Of a DNA stretch of 64,000 nt, positions 29,938-40,085 are shown piece after piece. How positions within the stretch are numbered: position 1 is the stretch's first letter; each line of letters starts with the position of its first letter. A model generated the notes under the pieces. The model saw only the letters and a program-made list of their open reading frames with translations. It was not told the origin of the DNA and made no database searches. The position numbers and the translations under genes are program-made. Source of the stretch: Myxococcota bacterium (GTDB taxonomy: Bacteria; Myxococcota_A; UBA9160; SZUA-336); contig CBDFGR010000001.1 in assembly GCA_965247115.1 (NCBI GenBank), positions 224,001-288,000 of the forward strand. Direction: 5' to 3'.

Positions 29938-30591
29938 GTGAGAGAATTCCGCAGCAAGGACACCTGGACGATCTTCCGGATCATGGCCGAGTTCGTCGAG
30001 GGCTTCGAGACCCTCGGCCCCGTCTGGCCGGCGGTATCGATTTTCGGGGGCGCTCGTGTCCAGCGCTCGAATCCCACCTACGCTCTCTCCCGCGAGATCG
30101 CTCGATCCCTCGCAGAGGAGGGCTTCGCAATCGTCACCGGTGGAGGTCCGGGAGCGATGGAGGCCGCGAATCGCGGCGCCAAGGAGGCGAATGCCCCCTC
30201 GATCGGCCTCAACATCAAGCTGCCCAAAGAGCAGGACTCGAACCCCTACGCAGACACGGTGATCCACTTCGACTACTTCTTTGCGCGCAAGGTGATGTTT
30301 GTGAAGTACTCGTGCGCGTTCGTCGGGCTCCCTGGCGGCTTCGGGACGCTCGACGAGATGTTCGAGTGCCTCACGCTCAAGCAGACCGAGAAAATGAGGA
30401 ACTTCCCGGTGATCCTCGTCGACTCGAGCTACTGGGGCGGTCTGGTCGACTGGCTGCACGACGTCGCCTTGCGGCGCGGCATGATCTCGAAGCGCGATCT
30501 GAAGCTCTTTCGCGTGGTCGACACTGCCGAGGAAGTCACGCGACTTGTCGCGCAAAGCTGGAAGCGCCAGCAGCAGCAGCTGCCCGCGTAG
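29938..30591 (+). CDS. LOG family (TIGR00730) protein
   Basis: TGGGPGAMEAAN, RKVMF, PGGFGTLDE. Confidence 0.93.
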   Translation: MREFRSKDTWTIFRIMAEFVEGFETLGPVWPAVSIFGGARVQRSNPTYALSREIARSLAEEGFAIVTGGGPGAMEAANRGAKEANAPSIGLNIKLPKEQDSNPYADTVIHFDYFFARKVMFVKYSCAFVGLPGGFGTLDEMFECLTLKQTEKMRNFPVILVDSSYWGGLVDWLHDVALRRGMISKRDLKLFRVVDTAEEVTRLVAQSWKRQQQQLPA

Positions 30592-30867
30592 CTATTGCCA
30601 GCGGTACTCGCGGCTGCACGTCCTGCAGAGCAGGCGCTCACCACGCCTGGACAGCGGTGCCCCGCAGTCGCAGCGCCCTGCGAGACGGTGGGCGATAGCC
30701 TCTAGCTCGGCCCCATCGCCGGCACCGACCTCGATCGCAAAGTGGTTTCCCTCTCGCACCACAATCGCGTCCGACACCAAGAGGCGGGTGCATTCTGGCT
30801 CGGCGGTCTCGGGCAGCGTCTCGCGGAGGACGGAAAGGGCACGTCCGGTCAGGTCCTGGATCTTCAT
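30592..30867 (-). CDS. Small hypothetical protein with C-terminal Zn-ribbon
   Basis: CDCG...LCRTC; fills an intergenic gap. Confidence 0.6.
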   Translation of the reverse strand: MKIQDLTGRALSVLRETLPETAEPECTRLLVSDAIVVREGNHFAIEVGAGDGAELEAIAHRLAGRCDCGAPLSRRGERLLCRTCSREYRWQ

Positions 30868-30979
30868 GACGTGCGAATACAGCAAAGGCCGTGCCCGCTC
30901 CCGAGTGGCCGGGCGCAGCGCGAGGCGGCGTGAGGGCCAGGAAGCTGCCAAAAAGGGGAAGATCCTTGCCCAGCCCGGG

Positions 30980-31273
30980 CTACTTCAGGACGAAGGTGAT
31001 GTGGGTCTGCCCGATCACGACCTCGTCGCCATCCTCGAGCTCGGCCGAGCGCTGCTTCTTGCCGTTGACCCGGATCCCATTGGTGCTCTGGAGATCCTCG
31101 ATCGTATAGGCGCTGTCCTCCCAGAGGATCACCGCGTGCTCGCGGCTCATACTCTCGTCCTTGAAGCGGAGGTCGTTCGTGGGGGCGCGGCCGATCAGGG
31201 TCTCGGCCGACTGGAGCTGGTAGATCTCGTCCGGATGGCCATCGCGGCGCAGAATCAGCTCAGCTTCCCTCAC
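30980..31273 (-). CDS. Stand-alone FHA domain protein
   Basis: IGR, SREHA, DLQSTNG motifs. Confidence 0.9.
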   Translation of the reverse strand: MREAELILRRDGHPDEIYQLQSAETLIGRAPTNDLRFKDESMSREHAVILWEDSAYTIEDLQSTNGIRVNGKKQRSAELEDGDEVVIGQTHITFVLK

Positions 31274-31305
31274 AGATCGGCGATCGGCAGCGCCTCTTCG
31301 CGGCT

Positions 31306-32112
31306 TTAGACGTCGAGCCGCCGGTGCTTGAGCGCGGGAAGGCGGGCCCGAATGTCCTCCAGACGCTGGAAGTCCAGCTCCGCCAGGGCCATCCCCTCGC
31401 CGTCGGCCGCCGTGGCGAGCACGGTGCCCCACGGGTCGATGATGAGCGAGCGTCCGTAAGAGCGCCGCGTGGTGTTGTGCTCTCCGTACTGCGCTGCGGC
31501 CAGCACGAAGGCCTGGTTCTCGATCGCCCGGGCCCGCAGCAATACTTCCCAGTGATCGCGTCCGGTGGGGACCGTGAAGGCGGAGGGAACGAGGAGGATG
31601 CGGGCGCCCCGTGTCGCGAGCTTGCGGTAGAGCTCAGGGAAGCGCATGTCGTAGCAGACCGAAAGGCCGATCGCGCCAAGCGACGTGTCTGCTACTACCA
31701 GCTCGCTGCCTGCTGCCACCGTGCGCGATTCGTGTAGCGACGCGCCCGGGAGCTCCACGTCGAACAAATGGATCTTGCGGTAGACGCCCCGGATCTCGCC
31801 GTCGCTGTCGACCAGGACCGACGTGTTGTAGACACGGGTAGCGTCGTCCGTTCGCTCCGGGAACGTGCCGCCCGCGATCACCACTTGGTGGTGCCGCGCC
31901 AGGTCGCGGAGCAGGCGCGTCAGGGGACCGTCCAGGTCCTGGGCAAAGGGATTCGGCCCCGTTTCGAACTCCTCACGCATGACGAGCAGGTTTTCCGGCA
32001 GAGCGACGAGCTGGGCGCCAGCCCGGGCCGCTCGCTCGATCCAATGGGTAGCGGTCTCGAGGTTACGCTCGGGATCGCCGCCCGATGTGATCTGAACCAC
32101 GGCGGCTATCAT
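31306..32112 (-). CDS. Carbon-nitrogen hydrolase (Nit1-like)
   Basis: LPE, YRKIHLFD, VCYDMRFPE, RARAIENQ. Confidence 0.93.
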   Translation of the reverse strand: MIAAVVQITSGGDPERNLETATHWIERAARAGAQLVALPENLLVMREEFETGPNPFAQDLDGPLTRLLRDLARHHQVVIAGGTFPERTDDATRVYNTSVLVDSDGEIRGVYRKIHLFDVELPGASLHESRTVAAGSELVVADTSLGAIGLSVCYDMRFPELYRKLATRGARILLVPSAFTVPTGRDHWEVLLRARAIENQAFVLAAAQYGEHNTTRRSYGRSLIIDPWGTVLATAADGEGMALAELDFQRLEDIRARLPALKHRRLDV

Positions 32113-32146
32113 GCGCGCTGAGCTTAGCACTCGAGGTGGAGGTGCG

Positions 32147-33400
32147 ATGGGGGAGCTGCTGCGGGTGGACCTGCGCCGCGCCGGCATCAAGCGGGCGGAG
32201 CTCCAGGCCCACGCAGCAACGCTGCGCTCCGCGCGCACGGACCTCTACGACACCGCGGAAGGGGAGTTCCTGCGCCTACCCCACGACAAGGAACTTCTGC
32301 AGCAGATCAGGCGCTACTCCAGGACGCGCCCCGCGGGGGTGACCGACGTGGTACAGCTGGGCATTGGCGGTAGCTCGCTCGGTGCTCGCGCCCTGTGCGC
32401 CGCCCTCGTACCGCCAGGCTCGAACGCGCGTCGCGGAGCCCTGCGCAGCCACTTCCCCGACAACGTTGATCCGGAGCACTTCGGCCCCCTTCTCGAGCTG
32501 CTTGACCCGCGCCGCACGCTGGTCCACGTGGTCAGCAAGTCGGGCAGTACCCTCGAAACGCTCGCGCAGCTCGCGGCCCTGCGCAGCGCCTGGGGAAAGA
32601 GCGCCAGGCTCGACCACTTCATTGTCACCACCCAAGCAAAGAGCGAGCTGGCGAGGTACGCGCTCAAGGAGGGCATCTCGCACGTCCTCACCTTTCCCAA
32701 ACACGTTGCCGGACGCTTCTCCGTGTTCACCGCCAGCGGACTCCTGGTGCCGACACTGTGCGGTGTAAACGTGAGCCGGGTCCTCGCGGGAGCGCGTGCC
32801 ATGGAGTCGCGCTGCCGCCGCGACCCGCTCGCTGGCCCAGCGGGCAGACTCGCAGCCACCCAGTTCCTGCACGAGCGCCGCGGCCGCCCGATCCACGTGG
32901 AGATGATCTACGCAGACGCCCTTCTCCCGCTCGGCGACTGGTTCCGCCAGATCTGGGCCGAGAGCCTCGGCAAGGGAGGGAAGGGCGCCACTCCCGTCGT
33001 CGCCCGTGGTGCCACCGATCAGCACTCCCAGCTCCAGCTCTACGTCGCCGGCCCGGACGACAAGCTCTACACCCTGGTCCTGGTGGACAAGCTCCGCGCC
33101 GGCCGCCGTATCACCCGCCGCACCGAATCCCCGGTTCTCCATGGCCGCGACCTCGGCGAGATCCTGCGCGCCGAAGCGCAAGGCACGCGCGAAGCCCTCC
33201 TAGAAGCCAACCGCCCCCTCATCGAGCTCCACCTCCCCCGCATCACCCCGGAGATCGTCGGCGAGCTACTGCTGATGCAGCAATACCAAACGGCCCTGGC
33301 AGGAGCCCTCTACGGAGTAAACCCCTTTGACCAACCCGGCGTAGAATCCGGCAAACAAGCCACCCTCCACCTCCTCAAACAACCCCCAAAGAAAACCTAG
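32147..33400 (+). CDS. pgi: Glucose-6-phosphate isomerase
   Basis: GIGGSSLG, SKSGSTLE, GRFS, QIWAESLGK, DQHSQLQ, PFDQPGVE.GK. Confidence 0.93.
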   Translation: MGELLRVDLRRAGIKRAELQAHAATLRSARTDLYDTAEGEFLRLPHDKELLQQIRRYSRTRPAGVTDVVQLGIGGSSLGARALCAALVPPGSNARRGALRSHFPDNVDPEHFGPLLELLDPRRTLVHVVSKSGSTLETLAQLAALRSAWGKSARLDHFIVTTQAKSELARYALKEGISHVLTFPKHVAGRFSVFTASGLLVPTLCGVNVSRVLAGARAMESRCRRDPLAGPAGRLAATQFLHERRGRPIHVEMIYADALLPLGDWFRQIWAESLGKGGKGATPVVARGATDQHSQLQLYVAGPDDKLYTLVLVDKLRAGRRITRRTESPVLHGRDLGEILRAEAQGTREALLEANRPLIELHLPRITPEIVGELLLMQQYQTALAGALYGVNPFDQPGVESGKQATLHLLKQPPKKT

Positions 33401-33431
33401 AGACACTCTCCAACCCACAAGCAGGCAAGGA

Positions 33432-33547
33432 GGCCGGAGGTCGGGGACACTTCCCTTGGCGGACCGTGTAGCGCTGTCGGAAGCAACCCCCACCTCTGCA
33501 CCGGCAAAAGCGAGGTCCGCCAAGGGAAGTGTCCCCGACCTCCGGCC
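33432..33547. repeat. REPIN-like palindrome copy 2 (perfect 34-bp inverted arms, 48-bp spacer)
   Basis: GGCCGGAGGTCGGGGACACTTCCCTTGGCGGACC (33432-33465) and its exact reverse complement (33514-33547), between convergent genes. Confidence 0.92.
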
Positions 33548-33556
33548 GGCCTACCG

Positions 33557-34591
33557 CTACTTCCGAAAATCCTGCGGATTAATAGAATTCCGCCGCATCA
33601 CGTCGTAAAAATCCTTCCGATCCTTCTTCGCGATGCGCGCCGCCCGACTGATATTCCCCTTGCAGAGCCGCAGAATCCGCGTCACGTACTGACGCTCGAA
33701 GGCGCGCTTGGCATCCCGGAACGACGCCATCTCCTCCGTCGATGCCTCCGTCCCGAGCAAGAGATTCTCGCTGCCCACTTCTTCGCCCTGGGCCAGCCGC
33801 AGCGCCGAGCGGATCTGTTCGCGGAGCTCCCGTTCGTTGGCGGGCCAGTCGTGATCGCGCAGTCGCTCCAGCGCCTCACGCGTGAACCCCCGCACGGAGC
33901 ACGGACGTCCCAGCTCTGCCTCGATCTCCTCTCGTGCCTCGGCCAGCGCGTGCGCCGCGAGCGGCAGGATGTCCTCACGCCGCTCGCGCAACGACTGGAG
34001 CTCGATGTTGAGCACGAGGCGCCGACCCAGCTCGGGCACGATGCGCCCAGCCCCGGTCAGCTGGGCGAGCGGCTCCGTGCTGGAGCCGATCAGCCGACAC
34101 TCCAGCGGTTGTGGCTGCCCCCCACCCAGGCGCCGGAAAGATCCCTCCTCGATGGCTGCGCCGAGCAGCTGCTGCAAATCCTTGGGAACGGCCTCCAGGT
34201 GCTCGAGCAGCACAGTGCCCGCTCCCACCCTGCTGAAGGCGCCGATCGATTCCGAGGGCAGGGAGGTAATCGCGTCTTCCTCGCTGCCAAAGAGCTCCCG
34301 CCCCAGGAGCGCTTCGGGAACGAGCGAGGCGTCGAGCGCGAAGAAGCCTCCTGCGGCCCACTCGCTCGCACTGTGAATCAGGCGTCCCACGAGCTCTTTG
34401 TCCACGCCATCTTCGGCGTTCACAAAGACCGGGAAGCGTCCGCGTCCCGCAACGGCAATCTGCTCCTGAGCACGCTGCACGGAACGGCTCGTCCCAATCA
34501 GCCGCTCGCTCCTACGACGAGTGCTCTTCTCCGCTGAAGCCAGCTCCGACTCGCCCGCAGCGCCCCCCGGCGCGGTCGGTGAGCTCGACAT
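33557..34591 (-). CDS. Sigma-54 activator-like AAA+/Fis-HTH protein with degenerate motifs
   Basis: LIG.S, ELFG, L.ERREDI, WPANERELR, GNISRAARI; Walker A, GAFTGA and Walker B altered. Confidence 0.85.
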   Translation of the reverse strand: MSSSPTAPGGAAGESELASAEKSTRRRSERLIGTSRSVQRAQEQIAVAGRGRFPVFVNAEDGVDKELVGRLIHSASEWAAGGFFALDASLVPEALLGRELFGSEEDAITSLPSESIGAFSRVGAGTVLLEHLEAVPKDLQQLLGAAIEEGSFRRLGGGQPQPLECRLIGSSTEPLAQLTGAGRIVPELGRRLVLNIELQSLRERREDILPLAAHALAEAREEIEAELGRPCSVRGFTREALERLRDHDWPANERELREQIRSALRLAQGEEVGSENLLLGTEASTEEMASFRDAKRAFERQYVTRILRLCKGNISRAARIAKKDRKDFYDVMRRNSINPQDFRK

Positions 34592-34738
34592 TGCTTCTCC
34601 CCCCATTCCCCAAGAGGTTGACCAGGCTCACTGTCTGTCAGTGGATGTTTTCGCTTCCCGGGATGGGATGCCCGCAGTGCATGGTACCTTCTGGCAACAC
34701 AATCGTACCGCGTCCGAAGGCCTGACAGGGGGAAAAAG

Positions 34739-36478
34739 GTGTCGGAGGTCCGCGTTTTACCGGACGATCTCGTCAATCAGATCGCCGCTGGAGAGGTCGT
34801 CGAACGCCCGGCCTCGGTCGTCAAGGAGCTGGTTGAAAATGCCCTCGACGCCGAGGCCACCCGCGTCCGTATCGCGATCGCGGAGGGCGGAATGCGCCTG
34901 ATCGCTGTGGATGACGACGGCCGTGGCATGGACCGCGCCGATGCGGAGCTGGCCTTCCGACGCCACGCCACGAGCAAGATCCGGCGCGCGGAGGATCTCT
35001 CCCGGGTCGCCACGCTCGGCTTTCGCGGCGAGGCCTTGCCGAGCATCGCGGCCGTCGCCTCGCTGCGCATGCGCACGCGGCAAGCGGACGCAGCACTCGG
35101 TGTGGAGCTGGTCGGGACGGGCGACGGCATCGATTCGGTGCGAGAGCTGGCCTGTCCGCTCGGAACCCACGTCGAGGTGGGGGAGCTGTTTGGCAACATT
35201 CCGGCGCGGCGCAAGTTCCTGAAGACCGCCATGACCGAGTCCTCGCACGTGGTGCGCTGGCTCGAGCGCATCGCGCTGGCGCGACCGGACGTGCGCTTCG
35301 AGCTCGAGCGGGACGGACGGCGCACACTCTTCTTTCCCCCGACGGCGGATCCGCGCGAGCGGGCGCTGGCAGTCCTGCCGCACAGCATCGGCGGCCGTCT
35401 CGTCCAGGTAGAGGGTCGGTCTCCCGGAGCGCGGCTGTTTGGCTTCGCGACCCCGACCGACGTCTCGCGCGGGACCACGAGCGATGTCCACCTGTTCGTG
35501 AACGCGCGCCCGGTGCGTGACCGGCTCCTGCTGCAAGCCGTGCGACAGGCGTACCGCGATGCGCTCCCACCGGGCCGGCACCCCGTCGCGGTCCTCTTCG
35601 TCGAGGTGGATCCCGGCGAGGTCGACGTGAACGTGCACCCCGCGAAGTCCGAGGTGCGTTTCCGCGACCCACGCGCGCTGAGCGCGCTCGTCCGCCGTAG
35701 CCTGGTCGGGGCTCTCGGCGTGCGTGGGCGCAGCGCCGAGCGTGCTCCCCAGATATTCCCCGGGGAAGCATCGAAGGTAGGGGAAGAGCTGACGCCGGCC
35801 GACTACGCGTGGGCTCCCGAGCTCCCGCTGAGCTCGACTCCTGGCGCTCCGGGTGCCCCGTTCTCCTTCGCGGCCCTGCGCTACGTGGGGCAGGTGCTCG
35901 CCACCTTCCTCGTCCTTGAGGGCGACGACCAGCTCGTGCTCTTGGATCAACACGCGGCTCACGAACGCGTGTTGTTCGAGCGCATGCGCCAGGCACTTCT
36001 GGACGGCAAGCTGGAGCGCCAGAACCTCCTGACGCCCATCTGGCTCGAGCTCGCGCGGAGCGATGCGGACGCGCTGCTATCGAACCGTGCGAGCCTCGGC
36101 AGTTCAGGCTTCGAGATCGAGGGCGGGGAGGGCACACTCGCCGGGGGCGTGCGGGTGGGCGTCCGCTCCGTGCCCGCCGTGCTAGCGCATGGCGCGAAGG
36201 TCGACTGGCCAGAGCTGCTGGAGGAGACCGCCCGCGGGCTGCGCGACCCGGCCGCCCGGGATGCGCGCGACGGGCTCGAGGGGGCCCTGCACGGGATCCT
36301 CGCGACCGCTGCCTGCCACGCCGCAACGCGCAAGGGCGACAGGCTCGAGGCGCCCGAAGTCCACTCGCTGCTCGCGGCCCTGGATGACACCATCTGGTTT
36401 CCGAACTGCCCACACGGGCGCCCGATCCTGAGCGCGCTCGACGGGGCCGAGCTCGGGCGCCGCTTTCTCCGGCGGTAG
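34739..36478 (+). CDS. mutL: DNA mismatch repair protein MutL
   Basis: NQIAAGEVVERPASVVKELVEN, GFRGEAL, DQHAAHER, CPHGRP. Confidence 0.97.
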   Translation: MSEVRVLPDDLVNQIAAGEVVERPASVVKELVENALDAEATRVRIAIAEGGMRLIAVDDDGRGMDRADAELAFRRHATSKIRRAEDLSRVATLGFRGEALPSIAAVASLRMRTRQADAALGVELVGTGDGIDSVRELACPLGTHVEVGELFGNIPARRKFLKTAMTESSHVVRWLERIALARPDVRFELERDGRRTLFFPPTADPRERALAVLPHSIGGRLVQVEGRSPGARLFGFATPTDVSRGTTSDVHLFVNARPVRDRLLLQAVRQAYRDALPPGRHPVAVLFVEVDPGEVDVNVHPAKSEVRFRDPRALSALVRRSLVGALGVRGRSAERAPQIFPGEASKVGEELTPADYAWAPELPLSSTPGAPGAPFSFAALRYVGQVLATFLVLEGDDQLVLLDQHAAHERVLFERMRQALLDGKLERQNLLTPIWLELARSDADALLSNRASLGSSGFEIEGGEGTLAGGVRVGVRSVPAVLAHGAKVDWPELLEETARGLRDPAARDARDGLEGALHGILATAACHAATRKGDRLEAPEVHSLLAALDDTIWFPNCPHGRPILSALDGAELGRRFLRR

Positions 36479-36480
36479 CC

Positions 36481-37407
36481 GTGAGCCCCGCGCCGCCCAC
36501 TCAGCCTCAGGTGCTGGCTGTCGTCGGGCCCACGGGCACGGGCAAGACCGAGCTCGCCTGTGAGCTCGCGCGGCGTGCCGACGCCGAGATCATCAGCTGC
36601 GACTCGCTGCAGGTCTATCGCGGCATGGACATCGGCACGGCCAAGCCGTCTCCGGCGCTGCGGACCGAGATTCCCCATCACGCGATCGACATCGTGTCTC
36701 CCGACGAGGAGATGTCTGCCGGCCGCTTCGCAGAGCATGCGCGCAAGGCCGCTTTCGAGATTCATGCGCGCGGTCGCTGCGTGATCCTGTGCGGCGGTGC
36801 CGGTCTGTACGCCCGCGCGTTTGCGGGCGGCTTGATCTCGAACGCAGAGGCCGATCCCGACCTGCGCACCGAGCTGGAGGCGCGCGCTACGGAGTCCCTG
36901 CAGCAGGAGCTGCGGCAGAACGATCCGATCAGCGCTGCGCGGATCCCGGCCGGCGACCGGGTACGTCTGGTGCGCGCGCTCGAGATCTCCCGCCTGCACG
37001 GCAGCCCGGTCTCCGAGGTCCACGCGCGCCACGGCTTTTCCGATCGTCCCTTCGACGTTCGCTGGCTTGGCATCGACCTGGATCGGAAGGCCCTGTGGCA
37101 CAGGTTGCGGCAACGCGTAGAGCGCATGTTCGCGGAAGGTCTGGTTGAAGAGGTTCGCTCCCTACACTCGGCAGGCTACACTACGAAGTTTCGCCCGCTT
37201 CGATCGATCGGTTACCGGGAAGTCGCGAGCCTGCTCGAAGGACAGGGCACCGAGACCGAGGCGCAGGACGCGATCTCGCTGGCGACGCGGCGCTACGCCA
37301 AGCGCCAGCGCACCTGGTTTCGCGCGGAGCCGGAGCTCCACTGGGTCGACGGTCAGGATCCGGAGGCGGCTCTACTCCGCGGACTGCGAGAGCTCCGCAG
37401 CGGGTGA
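36481..37407 (+). CDS. miaA: tRNA dimethylallyltransferase
   Basis: GPTGTGKT, DSLQVYRGMDIGTAKP, YAKRQRTWF; follows mutL. Confidence 0.97.
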   Translation: MSPAPPTQPQVLAVVGPTGTGKTELACELARRADAEIISCDSLQVYRGMDIGTAKPSPALRTEIPHHAIDIVSPDEEMSAGRFAEHARKAAFEIHARGRCVILCGGAGLYARAFAGGLISNAEADPDLRTELEARATESLQQELRQNDPISAARIPAGDRVRLVRALEISRLHGSPVSEVHARHGFSDRPFDVRWLGIDLDRKALWHRLRQRVERMFAEGLVEEVRSLHSAGYTTKFRPLRSIGYREVASLLEGQGTETEAQDAISLATRRYAKRQRTWFRAEPELHWVDGQDPEAALLRGLRELRSG

Positions 37408-37866
37408 GGGCGGCTCGGAGCCGGAGAGAATGCTCCAGTAGCTGGTGCCGACGCGGACGGGGCAGGGCCCGAGCTCGGTGCGATAGATCTGGGGAGCCTC
37501 GTCCTGCTGCGCGAAGAGCGGCCCGCCGGCCTCCTCGGCGAAGAGGCTGAACAGACCGGGCAAGATCTCGAAGGCGCCCGAGACGATCCGCAGCACTGTT
37601 CCTCCCACCTGGATGACGATGAAGACGGGGTAGCTCGGAAGGAACGAGACCCAGAGCTTGTACGGCTCCCCCGTCTCGGAGAGAGCCTTGTAGGCGTCTC
37701 GACCCGAGATGTACGGCGCAAACAGGATGTCGGTGGGCGCGAGCGTGATCGAGCTGAAGGCGCGGCAGAGCTGCGTGGGATCGGCACGGGCTTCGCCGAG
37801 CGGCGCCCCCAGCAGGATTCCGACGAGAGCAAAGGCGAGTGTGGCGCGGAGCAGCGAGCTTGACAT
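37372..37866 (-). CDS. Exported/membrane hypothetical protein
   Basis: Signal-peptide-like N-terminus (ARA|DP), hydrophobic segments. Confidence 0.65.
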   Translation of the reverse strand: MSSSLLRATLAFALVGILLGAPLGEARADPTQLCRAFSSITLAPTDILFAPYISGRDAYKALSETGEPYKLWVSFLPSYPVFIVIQVGGTVLRIVSGAFEILPGLFSLFAEEAGGPLFAQQDEAPQIYRTELGPCPVRVGTSYWSILSGSEPPSPAAELSQSAE

Positions 37867-37896
37867 CTGGTTCCTCTGAGCGAGCGTGAGGATGCC

Positions 37897-39258
37897 GTGA
37901 GCGCCTCGAGCATGTCAAAGGCGGCGGATGCGCTGCCGCTGGTCGCCGTCATCGGACGGGCCAACGTCGGCAAGTCGACGCTGTTCAACCGGCTGCTGCG
38001 AGAGGGACGCTCTCTCGTCGAAGACACCCCCGGCGTCACTCGCGATCGCGTGGCCGCGAACGCCTGGATCGAGCGACGCGAGGTGCTGCTCGTGGATACG
38101 GGAGGTCTGGACCCGGACGCCGAGGTCGGCATTCCCGCGGCCATCCGGGCCCAGGTGGGCGAGATCCTCGAGAGCGCGACGGTGATCCTGTTCGTCGTCG
38201 ATGCGCGAGACGGTCCGCTCCCGCAGGACACGGAGATCGCAGCTCTCCTGCGCCGGGCCAAGTCCCAGGTGATCGTTGCGGCGAACAAGGCAGACGGGCC
38301 GCCCCAGGATCTGGCCAGCGGGGAGTTCCATGCACTCGGCTTTCCGGAAGTCCTGCCCGTCTCCGCTGAGCACCGGCGCGGGCTGGCCGACCTCGAGCTC
38401 GCGATTGCAGAGCGGCTGCCGCCGCTCGAAGAGCGTGAGACCCCGCCCGATCCGAGCCCCAGGATCGCGATCGTCGGGCGGCCCAACGTGGGGAAGTCGT
38501 CGCTCCTGAACCGGTTGCTCGGCGCGGAGCGCAACATCGTGGCCGGCGAGCCCGGAACGACCCGAGACGCCACGGACTCGGCGCTGGAGCTGGGCGGGAA
38601 GCGCATCGTACTCGTCGACACGGCAGGGATACGCCGGCTCGGAAAGCGGCGTCAACATCTGGAGCGGGGCAGTGCGTTCATGTCGCTCCGCTCGATCGAG
38701 CGGGCAGACCTCGTACTGCTCGTGCTGGACGCCGCGGTGGGGGTTACCGATCAGGACGCGAAGATTGCGCGTCTGGCCCTCGACCGCGGCCGCGGCCTGA
38801 TCCTGGTCCTGAACAAGTGGGACCTGGTCGCGGGCACCGATCAGGAAGCGCGCGTGGCAGGTCAGCTCGAGCGAAAGCTCGGCTTCGTCCCGGATCCTGT
38901 CGTGCTGCGCACGAGTGCGACGACGGGACTCCGCGTCCGTCAGCTCGTCCCGCGTGCGCTCGAGCTCCTGGCTGAGCTCTGGCTCGACATCCCCACGGCA
39001 GAGGTGAATCGCGCGCTCGAAGATGCGGTCGGGCGCTACGCGCCACCTCTGAAAGGGCGGCGGCAGGCCCGCTTCTACTACGCGACTCAAACCTCAAGCA
39101 GACCTCTGACATTCCTGGTCTTCGCGAACAATCCAGACCTGATTCCAACGAATTACCGCCGATACATCGAGTCATTCTTGCGAAAACGATTCGGCCTGCG
39201 CTCGGCACCACTGCGGGTCCGCTTTCGAGCGCGGCGCAAGGCGGATCGGGAGCGCTAG
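37897..39258 (+). CDS. der: Ribosome biogenesis GTPase Der
   Basis: Two tandem G domains (GRANVGKS/DTGG/NKAD; GRPNVGKS/DTAG/NKWD). Confidence 0.96.
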   Translation: MSASSMSKAADALPLVAVIGRANVGKSTLFNRLLREGRSLVEDTPGVTRDRVAANAWIERREVLLVDTGGLDPDAEVGIPAAIRAQVGEILESATVILFVVDARDGPLPQDTEIAALLRRAKSQVIVAANKADGPPQDLASGEFHALGFPEVLPVSAEHRRGLADLELAIAERLPPLEERETPPDPSPRIAIVGRPNVGKSSLLNRLLGAERNIVAGEPGTTRDATDSALELGGKRIVLVDTAGIRRLGKRRQHLERGSAFMSLRSIERADLVLLVLDAAVGVTDQDAKIARLALDRGRGLILVLNKWDLVAGTDQEARVAGQLERKLGFVPDPVVLRTSATTGLRVRQLVPRALELLAELWLDIPTAEVNRALEDAVGRYAPPLKGRRQARFYYATQTSSRPLTFLVFANNPDLIPTNYRRYIESFLRKRFGLRSAPLRVRFRARRKADRER

Positions 39259-39296
39259 AATCTCGCGCGAATCGGGGCGGAGGGCGCTCGACGGCA

Positions 39297-40085
39297 ATGA
39301 CTCAGCCATCGTTACAGCACGGGGACACCGAGACCCGGCTGAAGGGCTTTGATGCGGTCCTGGAGCGCCTGTTCGAGCGAGCGAGCGAACATGCTCGCTC
39401 GCTCGCGATCGGCCTGGGGGTGGTGGTGGTCATGGGCGTGGCCGCGGCCGTCCTGTACGACAGGGCTAAGGGCGCGCAGGAGGAGGCGGCGAGCGCGCTG
39501 GCAGTCGTCGAGGCCCAGTTCAGCGCGGCCATGGGCGCGCCGCCGGGAGAGCCGCTGCCGCCCGAGCCCGCGAACGCGAACATTGCCCGCCTGGCGCGGG
39601 AGGCCGCGCTCGAAGACCTCGAGCTCGTGATCTCCCAACACGAAGGCAGCCAGGCCGCCCGGATCGCGGCGATCCGTGCCGCCGAGATGGAGATCGACCT
39701 GGGTCGGCTCGACGCCGCCAGCGAGCGCTTGCGGGAGTTGCCCGCGCGACTCGCTCTGGACGACCCCAAGCGCGCCGTGGCGCTGCGCCTCGCGGGCTAT
39801 GTGCTCGATGAGCAGGGCGAGCCACTCGCTGCTGCAGAGGCCTATGAGCTGGGCGCACAAGTCACGACGTATCCCGGCCGTCCCATGCTCCTGCACGCAG
39901 CGGCGGAGGCGTACGAGAGGGCTGGCGAGTACCAGAGGGCGATCGAGGCCTACCAGCAATCGCTCTCCGTGGCTGCAGAGGAGCTGGGGCAGCCAACGCG
40001 AATCCTGCGCCGGATCGAGGCGCTGGAGTACTGGCTGGGAGACGGACCCACCTCAGGGGCCGATAAGGAACATTCTGTTAAATAG
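39297..40085 (+). CDS. Membrane-anchored TPR protein (YfgM-like)
   Basis: Single TM segment followed by TPR-like helices. Confidence 0.7.
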   Translation: MTQPSLQHGDTETRLKGFDAVLERLFERASEHARSLAIGLGVVVVMGVAAAVLYDRAKGAQEEAASALAVVEAQFSAAMGAPPGEPLPPEPANANIARLAREAALEDLELVISQHEGSQAARIAAIRAAEMEIDLGRLDAASERLRELPARLALDDPKRAVALRLAGYVLDEQGEPLAAAEAYELGAQVTTYPGRPMLLHAAAEAYERAGEYQRAIEAYQQSLSVAAEELGQPTRILRRIEALEYWLGDGPTSGADKEHSVK

